In this document: one piece after another, positions 31,832-41,765 of the stretch
Position numbering within the stretch: the first letter of the stretch is position 1
Layout: every line of letters begins with the position of its first letter
From: Verrucomicrobiota bacterium
Lineage (GTDB): Bacteria > Verrucomicrobiota > Verrucomicrobiia > Limisphaerales > UBA11358
Assembly: GCA_050012035.1 (NCBI GenBank)
Contig: JBEKHY010000002.1
Coordinates: 68,302-132,301, forward strand
DNA: 64,000 nucleotides
Direction: 5' to 3'
The notes under the pieces: generated by a model
What the model was told of the DNA's origin: nothing
What the model saw: only the letters and a program-made list of their open reading frames with translations
The model's database searches: none
Program-made: the position numbers and the translations under genes

Positions 31832-32911
31832 TCAACTGTTTAACGCTTCTAGCCTCTCCTCCAAATCGTGCGCCATGAGCGGTTCGATGATATTGTCCAG
31901 ATTGCCATCCATCACAGCGGGCAGGTTGTAAAGCGTCAACTCGATGCGATGGTCGGTAACGCGGTTCTGCGGAAAATTGTAGGTACGGATGCGCTCGTTA
32001 CGTTCGCCCGTGCCGACCTGCGCCTTGCGTTGGGCGGCGTATTTCGCGTTTTCCTCGGTGGTTTTCTTGTTGAGCAGACGCGAACGCAAAACCTTCATCG
32101 CCTTGACCTTGTTCTTTTGCTGCGAACGTTCATCGGCGCAACGGACAGTCAGGCCGGTCGGCCTGTGCAAAATTTGGACCGCGGAGTCCGTCGTGTTCAC
32201 GCCCTGACCGCCGGGGCCGGACGCGCGGCAAACGGTAATTTCCAATTCCTCCGGCTTGATTTCGACATCCACTTCCTGCGCTTCGGGCAGCACGGCGACG
32301 GTGCAGGTGCTGGTGTGGATGCGGCCCGACGCCTCGGTGGCGGGTACGCGCTGCACACGGTGGACGCCACTCTCGTATTTCAGCCGCTTGAAGACGTCCG
32401 TACCGGCTAAGGAAAAAATGATTTCCTTAAAACCGCCGAGATCAGACGGGCTGGAATCCATCGTCTCGACCTTCCAGCCGCGCATTTCGGCATAGCGCGT
32501 GTACATGCGGTAAAGATCGGCGGAAAACAACGCGGATTCCAGACCGCCGGCACCGGCGCGGATTTCGATGATGGTGTTGCGCGAATCCGTCGGGTCCGGC
32601 GGCAGAACGCCGAACTGGATTTGCTGCGCGAGGTGCTTTTCCTCGGTTGCGAGCCGTGCGAGTTCGTCCCGTGCAAGTTGCGCAAGTTCGGAATCGGGCG
32701 GTTCGCTCTTGAGCAGGGCGCGGTTTTGCTCCAGATCGGCGAGCGTTTTCAAATAATTGTCGCCTTGCGTCAGCAGTTCCTTAAGTCGGGCGTATTCCCT
32801 GGACAATTCCTGCGCACGCTGCGGATTGTCGAAGGCTTTAGGGGCACTTAGTGCGGCTTCGACTTCGGCGAAGCGTTTACGGAGTTTTTCAATGTGCGGG
32901 CGCAGGTCCAT
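31832..32911 (-). CDS. prfA: Peptide chain release factor 1
   Basis: EIRAGAGG, VQRVPAT (PxT tripeptide), GGQ, IRTYNFPQ. Confidence 0.97.
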   Translation of the reverse strand: MDLRPHIEKLRKRFAEVEAALSAPKAFDNPQRAQELSREYARLKELLTQGDNYLKTLADLEQNRALLKSEPPDSELAQLARDELARLATEEKHLAQQIQFGVLPPDPTDSRNTIIEIRAGAGGLESALFSADLYRMYTRYAEMRGWKVETMDSSPSDLGGFKEIIFSLAGTDVFKRLKYESGVHRVQRVPATEASGRIHTSTCTVAVLPEAQEVDVEIKPEELEITVCRASGPGGQGVNTTDSAVQILHRPTGLTVRCADERSQQKNKVKAMKVLRSRLLNKKTTEENAKYAAQRKAQVGTGERNERIRTYNFPQNRVTDHRIELTLYNLPAVMDGNLDNIIEPLMAHDLEERLEALNS

Positions 32912-33065
32912 TTGGATTTACGATCTGCGATTTACGATTGACGAATGGTCGCGCGAACAGGCCTCAATCGGCAATCGTAAATCGTAAATTTTGCGGCAAT
33001 TGCATTGAAATAGAAACCGCCTGCATTTTGCTGAAACAGGGCGCGGGCGGATAAATGTTGAAAAG

Positions 33066-33308
33066 CTACTTCTTTTTCTTGCGGGTTGCGGCGGCAGCCT
33101 GGGCGGCCTGGGTCTTCACCAGGCGCTGCTGGAACTTGTCCACGCGCCCGGCGGTGTCAACGAACTTTTGCTGGCCGGTGTAGAACGGGTGACACACGTT
33201 GCAAATACCCACGATAATCACGGGTTTGGTGGAGCGGGTCTTGATGACGTTGCCGCAGGCACAACGGATTTCCGCGTCCACGTACTTCGGATGAATGTCC
33301 GTCTTCAT
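33066..33308 (-). CDS. rpmE: 50S ribosomal protein L31 (Zn-binding type)
   Basis: [30 protein letters not shown]. Confidence 0.96.
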   Translation of the reverse strand: MKTDIHPKYVDAEIRCACGNVIKTRSTKPVIIVGICNVCHPFYTGQQKFVDTAGRVDKFQQRLVKTQAAQAAAATRKKKK

Positions 33309-33367
33309 AAAAAGGGGCGCAAAGTTATCACGAACGAAACGGATGACAAGAGTGAAGTTGCAGCAGG

Positions 33368-34552
33368 CTATACACTGCCAATCCACTTGCGGTCTTCCCA
33401 AACAGCCTTTAGGGAAGCCAGATTGCGCGAATCCAGGACGTTTTTGGCCGCGGAGAGCAATTTGCCCTGTTTTAAATTGTTCCAAGCGTCGCTGGCGCTG
33501 ATGGCGACGTACTGCAGCACGCTCGGGTCGCGGTAGCAGTCAATCATGCAACGCGTGCAACCGTCGCGGATGAGTTTTGATTCGTCCCACTCGTGGACTT
33601 TGCACATCGGCCTTTCCCAGAAATGGCAGCGGTATAAATCCAAGTTCCAATCGAGGTAAAAGTATTTATGGCCGCCGAGACAGCCGAATTTTTCACGTTC
33701 ACTGCGCAAATGCCGTTGCATCTCGGTGAGTGATTCCATCGGATTGACGACAGGGAAACCGCTGCGCTGTTTCATACGCTTGATCTTCTCAAAGACTTCG
33801 ATGAGTTCGTCCTTCGTGTAACTGACCAAGCCGCTGTTGCTGAAGCTGAGATAGCTGCTGGCCAACGAGGTCAGCGGATAGCTGAAGGTGCAACTCTTGA
33901 AGCCGAGCGATTCAAGAAAGGCTGGCAGCTTGTCGTAATCGTCAATCAACCGGCTCGCCGTAATGCTCGCGGTGGTTTGAATGCCGACCGAATGAAAGAA
34001 TTCATTCGCGCGCCTGATCTTTTTGCAAACGTCCGGCAAACCGCGGTTTTTCTCGTGCTTGGCCATGTCGTGCGCGTCAATGGACATGATAACACTGCTC
34101 AATCCGTCGCGGGCGAGTCCGCGCATGTTTTCCTCGGTCCAAAGCGCGCCATTGGTGCAAATCATCGGATGGATGCCACGCTCCGCTGCGGATCGGGTCA
34201 TCGCGCGCAGGTCGCGATGCACCATCGGTTCGCCACCTACAAAGAGCAGGTAACCGATGTGGTTTTTTAGTGCAATGTCCATGGCATCACATGCCTCCGG
34301 CAACGTCACGCTGCGCCGGGCTTTGGGGTCAAATTTCGAGCGGGCAAATCCACAGAAGTCACAGTCGGCATTGCAAATATTGGTAATGGCGAACTGGAGA
34401 TAACCCGGCCCACCATGATTGAGGATCTCGCCAATAAATTTAAGCGTGCCCTTTTTAACGTGCTTGATCGGCTTGGAGAAATCGGCTGCAACCGAAGTCT
34501 CCGTACGGGCTTCGGTAACAGGCGGATTTGCCGCAGTTGAGACGTTGTTCAT
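33368..34552 (-). CDS. Radical SAM protein with C-terminal SPASM/twitch-like cysteines
   Basis: [12 protein letters not shown]; later [16 protein letters not shown]. Confidence 0.88.
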   Translation of the reverse strand: MNNVSTAANPPVTEARTETSVAADFSKPIKHVKKGTLKFIGEILNHGGPGYLQFAITNICNADCDFCGFARSKFDPKARRSVTLPEACDAMDIALKNHIGYLLFVGGEPMVHRDLRAMTRSAAERGIHPMICTNGALWTEENMRGLARDGLSSVIMSIDAHDMAKHEKNRGLPDVCKKIRRANEFFHSVGIQTTASITASRLIDDYDKLPAFLESLGFKSCTFSYPLTSLASSYLSFSNSGLVSYTKDELIEVFEKIKRMKQRSGFPVVNPMESLTEMQRHLRSEREKFGCLGGHKYFYLDWNLDLYRCHFWERPMCKVHEWDESKLIRDGCTRCMIDCYRDPSVLQYVAISASDAWNNLKQGKLLSAAKNVLDSRNLASLKAVWEDRKWIGSV

Positions 34553-34674
34553 TGCAAACCAAGTTATTGTGTGGGTAAAAATGTTGCGGGTAAACTTTCT
34601 TTTGCTTGCGCCGTCTTCCAAGAACGATTTTCCTTTTGCGCGGAGTGCGCCAAGAGTTTAGTTTTCATGCGGTT

Positions 34675-34748
34675 TGTCCGGTGGTGTAACGGTAGCACAA
34701 GGCCCTTTGGAGGCTTTTGTCCTGGTTCGAATCCAGGCCGGACAGCCA
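34675..34748 (+). tRNA. tRNA-Gln(UUG)
   Basis: Cloverleaf: TGTCCGG/CCGGACA acceptor, CTTTGGA anticodon loop, TTCGAAT, CCA. Confidence 0.95.
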
Positions 34749-34757
34749 TGGTTCCAA

Positions 34758-36713
34758 CTACTTCTCGAGTTCTACTTCGCGACGATCGTCTGGTTCATTC
34801 GCCATCGAGGCGTTCTTTCTATCTACCATGCCGTGGCGTTTTAGGCAAACCATGAGGATGCTGATGTCCGCAGGCGACACTCCTGAGATGCGGGCGGCTT
34901 GGCCAATCGTGTTCGGGCGTATCTTGGAAAGTTTTTGCCGCGCCTCGAGTCGGAGACTGGGGACAGTAGAAAAGTTGAAGTCATCAGGAATCATTCTATC
35001 TTCCATGTTCTTGAATTTCTCCACCTCTAACTCTTGGCGATCAATGTAGCCGGCGTACTTGACAATAATTTCGACCTGCTGAACGACTTCGCTAGGTAAG
35101 GCTTCATTTCGGTTTGGTAAATCCTTGTAACTTATTTCGGGACGTGAAAGAATTTTTGCCAAACTGTCAGATTCGCAATACGTTTTGTATAAATGAGTTA
35201 TCTCATTATTTATCATCTCTTTCTTTGCCATGAATTTATTGTAGTTGCGAAGTGGCAAAAGGCCGATTTCGTGGCCTATTTGTGACAAGCGAAGATCAGC
35301 ATTATCTTGCCGAAGCAAAAGTCTATACTCTGCCCGGGACGTGAACATACGGTAAGGCTCAGTCGTTCCTTTTGTGATCAGATCGTCAATTAAGACACCG
35401 ATATACGCTTGGTCCCGCCTAAGAATGATTGAATTACAGCCACTGACCCGGCGAGCTGCATTTATTCCGGCCATGAGCCCTTGGGCTGCGGCTTCTTCGT
35501 ATCCTGATGTGCCATTGATTTGACCTGCCAGGAAAAGATTCCGGCATAACTTTGTTTCGAGCGATGGATACAGTTGTGTCGGATAAACGAAATCATATTC
35601 GACGGCGTAAGCGGGGCGCAAAATCTCGGCCTTTTCGCATCCGATGATTGTGCGGACGAGTTCAAATTGCACATCGAATGGTAGGCTGGTGGAGAAACCA
35701 TTTACGTAGAACTCGTCGGTCTCTACGCCTTCTGGTTCGAGAAAAATTTGATGCCTTTCTTTCTCTGGGAACTTGACGATTTTATCTTCGATGGATGGAC
35801 AATACCTAGGCCCAACACCTTCGATGATGCCTGTGTAAAGCGGTGATTTGTGAAGATTTTGGCGTATAATGCTAGCCGTTTTTGATGTCGTAAACGTGAT
35901 AAAACAAGGCAGTTGGCCATTTATTCTATCCAGAATTGAACCCGATGGGTATTCGCCATCCGAGCTTTGGTTTCCTCTGTGTTTCACTCGTGAATGTTCC
36001 ACGTGGAACAAATCGTCTTTCCAGAATGTAAAATAAGGAACTGGTTCGTCTCCTGGCTGGCTTTCAGTTTTTGAGAAATCAATTGAACGGCGCAATAGGC
36101 GCGGTGGGGTTCCAGTCTTCAGCCGCCCAAGTTCAAGGCCGAGTTCTTTAAGAGAAGACGAAAGATCCATGGCAGCTGCGTCACCCGACCGGCCTCCCGA
36201 TTGCCGATTTGAACCTATGTGCAATAAACCGCGAAGGAATGTCCCAGTGGTTATGACGATTGCCGTTCCGAGATACTGAACGTCTAATGTGGTCTGAACT
36301 CCGAATGCTTGGCCATCCTCGTGAAGAATACTTGACGATTGCCCTTGCTTTACATCAAGATTCGGTTCAGATTCGCATATCCACTTCAATCTGAATTGAT
36401 AAGCCTTCTTGTCACATTGTGCGCGGGGAGCCCAAACTGCCGGTCCTTTCTTTGTGTTCAACATTCTGAATTGTAGGCCTGTCATATCCGTCGTCTTGCC
36501 CATTTCTCCACCGATCGCATCTATCTCCCGAGCCAAATGTCCCTTTGCTAAACCGCCTATAGCCGGGTTGCAGGACATTTGGCCGATGGTATCAACATTG
36601 ATGGTTAGGAGGAGCGTCTGACATCCCATTCGCGCTGCTGCTAGAGCTGCTTCTACTCCGGCATGGCCAGCTCCAACAACTATAACGTCATATTGTTTTG
36701 GATAAAGAAACAT
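34758..36713 (-). CDS. mnmG: tRNA uridine 5-carboxymethylaminomethyl modification enzyme
   Basis: GAGHAGVEAA, MSCNPAIGG, LKTGTPPR, GPRYCPSIEDK, AGQINGTSGYEEA, YRMFTSRAEYRL. Confidence 0.97.
   Translation of the reverse strand: MFLYPKQYDVIVVGAGHAGVEAALAAARMGCQTLLLTINVDTIGQMSCNPAIGGLAKGHLAREIDAIGGEMGKTTDMTGLQFRMLNTKKGPAVWAPRAQCDKKAYQFRLKWICESEPNLDVKQGQSSSILHEDGQAFGVQTTLDVQYLGTAIVITTGTFLRGLLHIGSNRQSGGRSGDAAAMDLSSSLKELGLELGRLKTGTPPRLLRRSIDFSKTESQPGDEPVPYFTFWKDDLFHVEHSRVKHRGNQSSDGEYPSGSILDRINGQLPCFITFTTSKTASIIRQNLHKSPLYTGIIEGVGPRYCPSIEDKIVKFPEKERHQIFLEPEGVETDEFYVNGFSTSLPFDVQFELVRTIIGCEKAEILRPAYAVEYDFVYPTQLYPSLETKLCRNLFLAGQINGTSGYEEAAAQGLMAGINAARRVSGCNSIILRRDQAYIGVLIDDLITKGTTEPYRMFTSRAEYRLLLRQDNADLRLSQIGHEIGLLPLRNYNKFMAKKEMINNEITHLYKTYCESDSLAKILSRPEISYKDLPNRNEALPSEVVQQVEIIVKYAGYIDRQELEVEKFKNMEDRMIPDDFNFSTVPSLRLEARQKLSKIRPNTIGQAARISGVSPADISILMVCLKRHGMVDRKNASMANEPDDRREVELEK
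35995..36010. promoter_or_regulatory. parS centromere-like site
   Basis: Perfect palindrome TGTTCCACGTGGAACA matching the bacterial parS consensus. Confidence 0.85.
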
Positions 36714-36721
36714 GTAGAAAC

Positions 36722-38317
36722 TCAAGACAGGCCGTACTTCACTGCAAACGGAAATTCAGCGGGAATCTTTTTTATGTGTCGACTTGGATTCTGTGACAGG
36801 TGCTCACAAATCTTAAAAACGCTTTCAACTTCATCGTTAGCTCGAATTCTGCTCGCGAGTTCGAGTGCTGTGAAAGTTTGTCGCGGCTGTTTTGACAGGA
36901 ATTCCAAAATTTGCTTCTGGATTGCTATGACATTGCTGGCTGCTTTCTTTCCGGCTTCAACACCAGGTTGGTTATAGGCATTAACATTGATTAGAGAAGC
37001 GTAAAACCCAACAGCTCGCTCGAACAATGCGATCAGCATACCGACGGTAAATGGTGATACCTCCTTGACGATTAAAGTTAATGATTCACGTCCTTTTTCG
37101 GACAGGGCTTGGCGTGTGCCCAAGTAAAAGCCGTGGAGGAAATCTCCGCTTGTAACCTCAGGTTCGACCATCAGACTCGGTTGACCTTCGTCTGTTTGGA
37201 CCTCAATAAACACAACAAAAAAATTGCTTGTACCATCTCTAAGTTGTTGGATATAAGAATGTTGGTCAGTTGAACCCTTATTTCCTAAAACCGTTATCCC
37301 TTGGTTCACTCGTTTGCCGTTCAAATCGATTTCCTTACCCAATGATTCCATCAACAACTGTTGAAGATACTTGGAAAACAGCTCGAGTCGATCTTTATAA
37401 GGTAAAACAACCAGATTTTTACGGCCTTTACCGTTACCTGAAGCGTAAAATGCTAACGCAAGTTGAGACGCAGGATTTAATATAACGTTATTGTCTCTTG
37501 TTATCTCATCGCATCGTCTAGCTCCAGCGAGTAAGTTGTCGATCTCAATTCCTTGTAATGCTGCTGGAACCAGTCCTACCGAGGATAACTCACTTGTCCT
37601 TCCCCCCACCCAATCCCACATCGGAAACGTAGTCAGCCATTTGTTGTTGATGGCATATTTGTGAAGCTCGCTTGCCGAGGTAGTTATCGCGATGGTGTGT
37701 TGGCCGAAATTGAGCCCAGCTTTCTCGAAAGCGGCCTTGGCAACGAGCATTCCATTGCGAGTTTCCTTTGTGGAACCTGATTTGGAAATGACGATACAAA
37801 GTGTCTGGTTCAAATCCTTGCCAATATATGCCAATACCCGATGCATGCCGTCGGGATCCGTGTTATCAAAGAAATATGGTGTGAGTTTGTCCCTGAGAGG
37901 ATCACCCAGTGCATGGGCGACAAATTGCGGTCCCAAGGCAGAACCGCCGATTCCTACCAACAGGTAATTTTTGAAAGGCCCGCCATTTCCGCGGATCTTG
38001 CCGGTATGGACTTGCGCAGAAAAATTTTTAATATCAGCCAGGTTTTCCTCGATTGCCTTGCGGATTTCTGGTTTCGGCGCCAACGACGGATTACGGAGCC
38101 AGTAGTGGCCGACCATGCGATTTTCGTCAGGATTGGCAGTGGCGCCCTTTTCCAGTTCGGACATTTGCGAAAACGCCTGTTGAATTCTCGGCTCCATGGC
38201 GGCGAAGAAAGCATCGTCCACATTCATCCGACTCAAATCTACCGCCAAACCGAGAGTGGGAAACTCGGTGTAATACTTTTGAAACCGGCTCCACCATTCC
38301 AACTTTGAGTGATTCAT
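36722..38317 (-). CDS. pgi: Glucose-6-phosphate isomerase
   Basis: GIGGSALG, SKSGST.ET, DWVGGRTS, QQLLMESLGK, DQHSYIQ, YNQPGVEAGK. Confidence 0.96.
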   Translation of the reverse strand: MNHSKLEWWSRFQKYYTEFPTLGLAVDLSRMNVDDAFFAAMEPRIQQAFSQMSELEKGATANPDENRMVGHYWLRNPSLAPKPEIRKAIEENLADIKNFSAQVHTGKIRGNGGPFKNYLLVGIGGSALGPQFVAHALGDPLRDKLTPYFFDNTDPDGMHRVLAYIGKDLNQTLCIVISKSGSTKETRNGMLVAKAAFEKAGLNFGQHTIAITTSASELHKYAINNKWLTTFPMWDWVGGRTSELSSVGLVPAALQGIEIDNLLAGARRCDEITRDNNVILNPASQLALAFYASGNGKGRKNLVVLPYKDRLELFSKYLQQLLMESLGKEIDLNGKRVNQGITVLGNKGSTDQHSYIQQLRDGTSNFFVVFIEVQTDEGQPSLMVEPEVTSGDFLHGFYLGTRQALSEKGRESLTLIVKEVSPFTVGMLIALFERAVGFYASLINVNAYNQPGVEAGKKAASNVIAIQKQILEFLSKQPRQTFTALELASRIRANDEVESVFKICEHLSQNPSRHIKKIPAEFPFAVKYGLS

Positions 38318-38458
38318 AAAAATTGAAACTCCGTCGAATAAGCCTGCCGACAAAGTCTGGCAAGAAAATAGCGCGTGATGGCAATTTAGCAATAAACGCC
38401 ATGACTCAATTAAGGGAAAGCCCGGCCAGTCAGGTGGCCGCGCATTGACTTAACCGTC

Positions 38459-40189
38459 TTATGGGAATGGCAAGAAAACCGTAATGCTGGTGCCGCGGCC
38501 GGGCCGGGACTTGATGCGGATGCTGCCGTGATGCGTTTCAATGATGCGGCCTACAATGGCCAGGCCGAGTCCGGTACCCTTGGTCTTGGTGGTGTTCAAA
38601 AAGGCTGTGAATGCGCGGACTTGCAACTCTTCGCTCATGCCTTTGCCGGTGTCCTTGAATTCCACAGTCACGTAAGTCGGGCGGGTGCGGGCGCGCGGCG
38701 ACCGGACTGCGCGCGATCTGATGGTCAGCCTGCCCCCGCCCGGCATCGCCTCTGCGGCATTGAGAATCAAGTTCAAAAAAGCCTGCTCCAGTTGCGGCGC
38801 ATCACCCGGCACGGGCGGCAAATCCGGTTGCAAATTGCGAACGAATTCAACGTTTTGATTGGCCAACTTGTGCCGCACCAGCAATCCCAACTCATCAATC
38901 AATTCGTTCAGGTTTACCGGCTTCAGTTGGGGTTCGGTTGTGCGCGCAAAGGCTAGGATTTGTTCCACGATTCTGTTCAAGTGTTCGATTTTGGCATCAA
39001 TAAGCTGTGCGTCCTTTGCCCGCGGGTCGCCGGCGGGGAATTTCAAATCCAGTGAATGATACAACAATTTCATCACCGTGAGTGGATTGCGGATTTCGTG
39101 CGCGACCTCGGCGGCCAGCAGGCCGAGTGCGGAAAGTTTCTCGTTCTGTCGCAGTTGCTCCTCCACGTCCACGGTGCGCTCGTAAAGCCGCGCCTTTTCA
39201 ATGGCAATACCGGACAGTTCCGCCAGTGCGCTTAGGATGCGGATTTCCTCGTTGGAAAACTGATAGGGCCGATCGGTATAAATGTTCAGCGTGCCGGTCG
39301 CCTGCCCGGCAAACAGCAGCGGAACGCTCAGCAGCGAAACCAGGCCTTCACGCCGCGCGACTTCGACGTTTTGATAACGGCTGGACGTCTGGACATTTTC
39401 CACCTGCAAGGGCTTTTTGCGGCGCACGACGACGCCGAGCAGACTATCCCCCACGCTCAAACGCGGTTTGTTGAGGTAAGCTTCGCCCGCGCCGTAGCTG
39501 GCACGCAGGTTGAGCCACTCGCGGGTTTCATCGAGCATCATCAGCGAGCACATGCGCGCGCGCATGAGCAGGCACGCTTCGCGTGTGATGACGCGCAGCG
39601 CCTCATCCAGGTTCAGTGTAGAATTAATCGTCCGGCTCACGCTCGCGAGCGACTCAAACAAACCCGCCTTCAACCGCAATTGCTCGAACAGCCAGGTGTT
39701 ATAAATCACCTTGGCTGCTTGCACTGCAAGTTCTTGAAGCAATTCCTGATCGTCCGCGCTGAAGGCGTTCGTCCGGTCCGAATCCACATTCAGCACTCCA
39801 CGCACCTCGCCGTTAACCTCCAGCGGGACGGCCAATTCCGAACGGATTCCGCGCCGTGCGGCAACGTAGCGCGGGTCTTGGGTCACGTCACCGACCCGGG
39901 CGGGTTTGCCGGTGCGCGCGACCCAGCCGGTAATGCCTTCGCCGACGCGCAACTTGAGTCGCGCCGCCGCCTTCGGCAGATTTTGCGAGGCGTGGATTTC
40001 CAGAAAGCTGGTGGTGGGGTTGATCAAAACAACCGAACCGCTCGAGCCGCGCATGAGCCGTACCGCTTCGCTCACGATCAACTGCAATGCTGCCTGCGGC
40101 TCCAGCGTCGAGTGAATGACATTGCTAACCTGATAGAGCAAATTGAGCTGCTCATAACGCAACACCAGTTTTGAAAGCTCGTCGCTCAC
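38459..40189 (-). CDS. GAF-GAF histidine kinase
   Basis: Two GAF repeats (GEGITGWVA, SELAVPL); AHEIRNPL, NAAEA, GTGLGL. Confidence 0.9.
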   Translation of the reverse strand: MSDELSKLVLRYEQLNLLYQVSNVIHSTLEPQAALQLIVSEAVRLMRGSSGSVVLINPTTSFLEIHASQNLPKAAARLKLRVGEGITGWVARTGKPARVGDVTQDPRYVAARRGIRSELAVPLEVNGEVRGVLNVDSDRTNAFSADDQELLQELAVQAAKVIYNTWLFEQLRLKAGLFESLASVSRTINSTLNLDEALRVITREACLLMRARMCSLMMLDETREWLNLRASYGAGEAYLNKPRLSVGDSLLGVVVRRKKPLQVENVQTSSRYQNVEVARREGLVSLLSVPLLFAGQATGTLNIYTDRPYQFSNEEIRILSALAELSGIAIEKARLYERTVDVEEQLRQNEKLSALGLLAAEVAHEIRNPLTVMKLLYHSLDLKFPAGDPRAKDAQLIDAKIEHLNRIVEQILAFARTTEPQLKPVNLNELIDELGLLVRHKLANQNVEFVRNLQPDLPPVPGDAPQLEQAFLNLILNAAEAMPGGGRLTIRSRAVRSPRARTRPTYVTVEFKDTGKGMSEELQVRAFTAFLNTTKTKGTGLGLAIVGRIIETHHGSIRIKSRPGRGTSITVFLPFP

Positions 40190-40283
40190 GATTCCAATTT
40201 TTAGATTTAAATTTTTTGTTTCAAGTCGGGTTGTGCCTTCACTGAAACTCTGCGGCGCAAACTAAAAATTAAAAGCTGAAAAT

Positions 40284-41399
40284 TCACCTCACCCTTGCCG
40301 TCATCCACAGGCCCGTTGCGCCGAAAATCAGGTTGGGCAGCCACGCCGCCAGCCATGCGGGCAAACGACCGCCCAAACCCAAAGCCAGCCCAACCTGTTG
40401 GAGCACGAAAAAAGTGAAACAAATAAAAATGCTGCCTGCGACGCCGAAAAATAAATTGCGCCGGCCCGAAGCCGCCCCAAACGGAATCGCAATGAGCACT
40501 ACCACCAGACAGGTCCACGGCGCGGCTAATCGCCCGTACAGTTTGGTCAGCAGCTTGTTCGAATCGGCGCGTGGCAAATCGGGGTGCAACCGCAGATAGG
40601 CAACAAGGTCCGCGAGCGGGATGTCGGGTCGGCGTGAAGCGCCTAGTCCTTGGTATTCGTTGATTTTGATTTCACTCCGGATTTCCTTTGGTGTTTCGCC
40701 AAATTCCGGCTTGGGCAGGACGTTGGTTTGAAATGACGGCAGCAACGGCGCGCGGGCATTGGCCTGTTCAAATTCCTTCGCGCCCCAAAATGTCCACACG
40801 CCATTCGTGTAATTTGCGCGGTCCGCCTTCAATTGCCGTATGGAACCGTCCGGCAAGGTCCAGCTTACAATGGGATTGAGCATTTCGCTTGTCTTGACGC
40901 GATATTCGCTGAAATGCCACAGGCGATGTTCGCGGGCGTTGACGAAATCGGTGAAACGATTTTGCGCTGCGAGGTCGCCTGATTTTTGCACGTAGCGGCT
41001 CAAAATGCGGTCCGCCCAATCTGTGTTGCGCGGCACACAAAATTCATTGAGCACAAACAACGCGATGCTGGCCAGGAAGCCGACGATTAAATATGGCAGG
41101 CACACCCGCCACAGGCTCACGCCGGCCGCGCGCATGGCGGTGATTTCGTTGTGACGCGCATGATTGGTGAGCGCATAAAGCAAGGCCAGCAGGAGCGCGA
41201 TCGGGAGCACCGTCACGATAAATTCCGGCGTCATCGCGAAGTAATACTGGATGATGTCAAGCAAGCGCAGTTTGTCGTCCTGAAAATCCTGCAAACTTTT
41301 GAAGGCATCGAAGGAAATCCAAAAGATCAAAAAGCCACTGAGGCAATACGCCAGTGGCGAGAGCAATTCACGAAATAAATATCGGTCCAACAGCCGCAT
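40284..41399 (-). CDS. LptF/LptG family LPS export permease
   Basis: MRLLDRYL, NEITAMRAAGVS, AAWLPN. Confidence 0.9.
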   Translation of the reverse strand: MRLLDRYLFRELLSPLAYCLSGFLIFWISFDAFKSLQDFQDDKLRLLDIIQYYFAMTPEFIVTVLPIALLLALLYALTNHARHNEITAMRAAGVSLWRVCLPYLIVGFLASIALFVLNEFCVPRNTDWADRILSRYVQKSGDLAAQNRFTDFVNAREHRLWHFSEYRVKTSEMLNPIVSWTLPDGSIRQLKADRANYTNGVWTFWGAKEFEQANARAPLLPSFQTNVLPKPEFGETPKEIRSEIKINEYQGLGASRRPDIPLADLVAYLRLHPDLPRADSNKLLTKLYGRLAAPWTCLVVVLIAIPFGAASGRRNLFFGVAGSIFICFTFFVLQQVGLALGLGGRLPAWLAAWLPNLIFGATGLWMTARVR

Positions 41400-41580
41400 T
41401 GTGCGGGCAGGGTAGCGGGCATCCGTTGCGCGGGGCAATGCCGGAATATTGCACACGGAGAGTGCGGTGATTGGCTGGGGCGTGGCTCGAAGCGTGCCAT
41501 TGAACAACAGCTTCAGCCCGCCACCTGCCGCGCACTACGACGCGGCAGTCTTCGCTCTGCGCTGCACTTCGAGCGGAGAC

Positions 41581-41656
41581 TGGTGGGTTGGCCGGGACTC
41601 GAACCCGGGACCAACGGCTTAAAAGGCCGCTGCTCTACCGACTGAGCTACCAACCC
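41581..41656 (-). tRNA. tRNA-Lys(UUU)
   Basis: GGGTTGG..AGCTCAGTCGGTAGAGC..CTTTTAA..TTCGAGT..CCAACCC-ACCA. Confidence 0.96.
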
Positions 41657-41765
41657 GACGAAGCGCGGGAAATTAGTCTTCCGTACCAGCCCATGCAAGA
41701 TTTTCCGTCGACATGGAGGACGGTTTTCAGTTTTATTTTTCACCGCCGTTGCGTTAGATTGCTAC

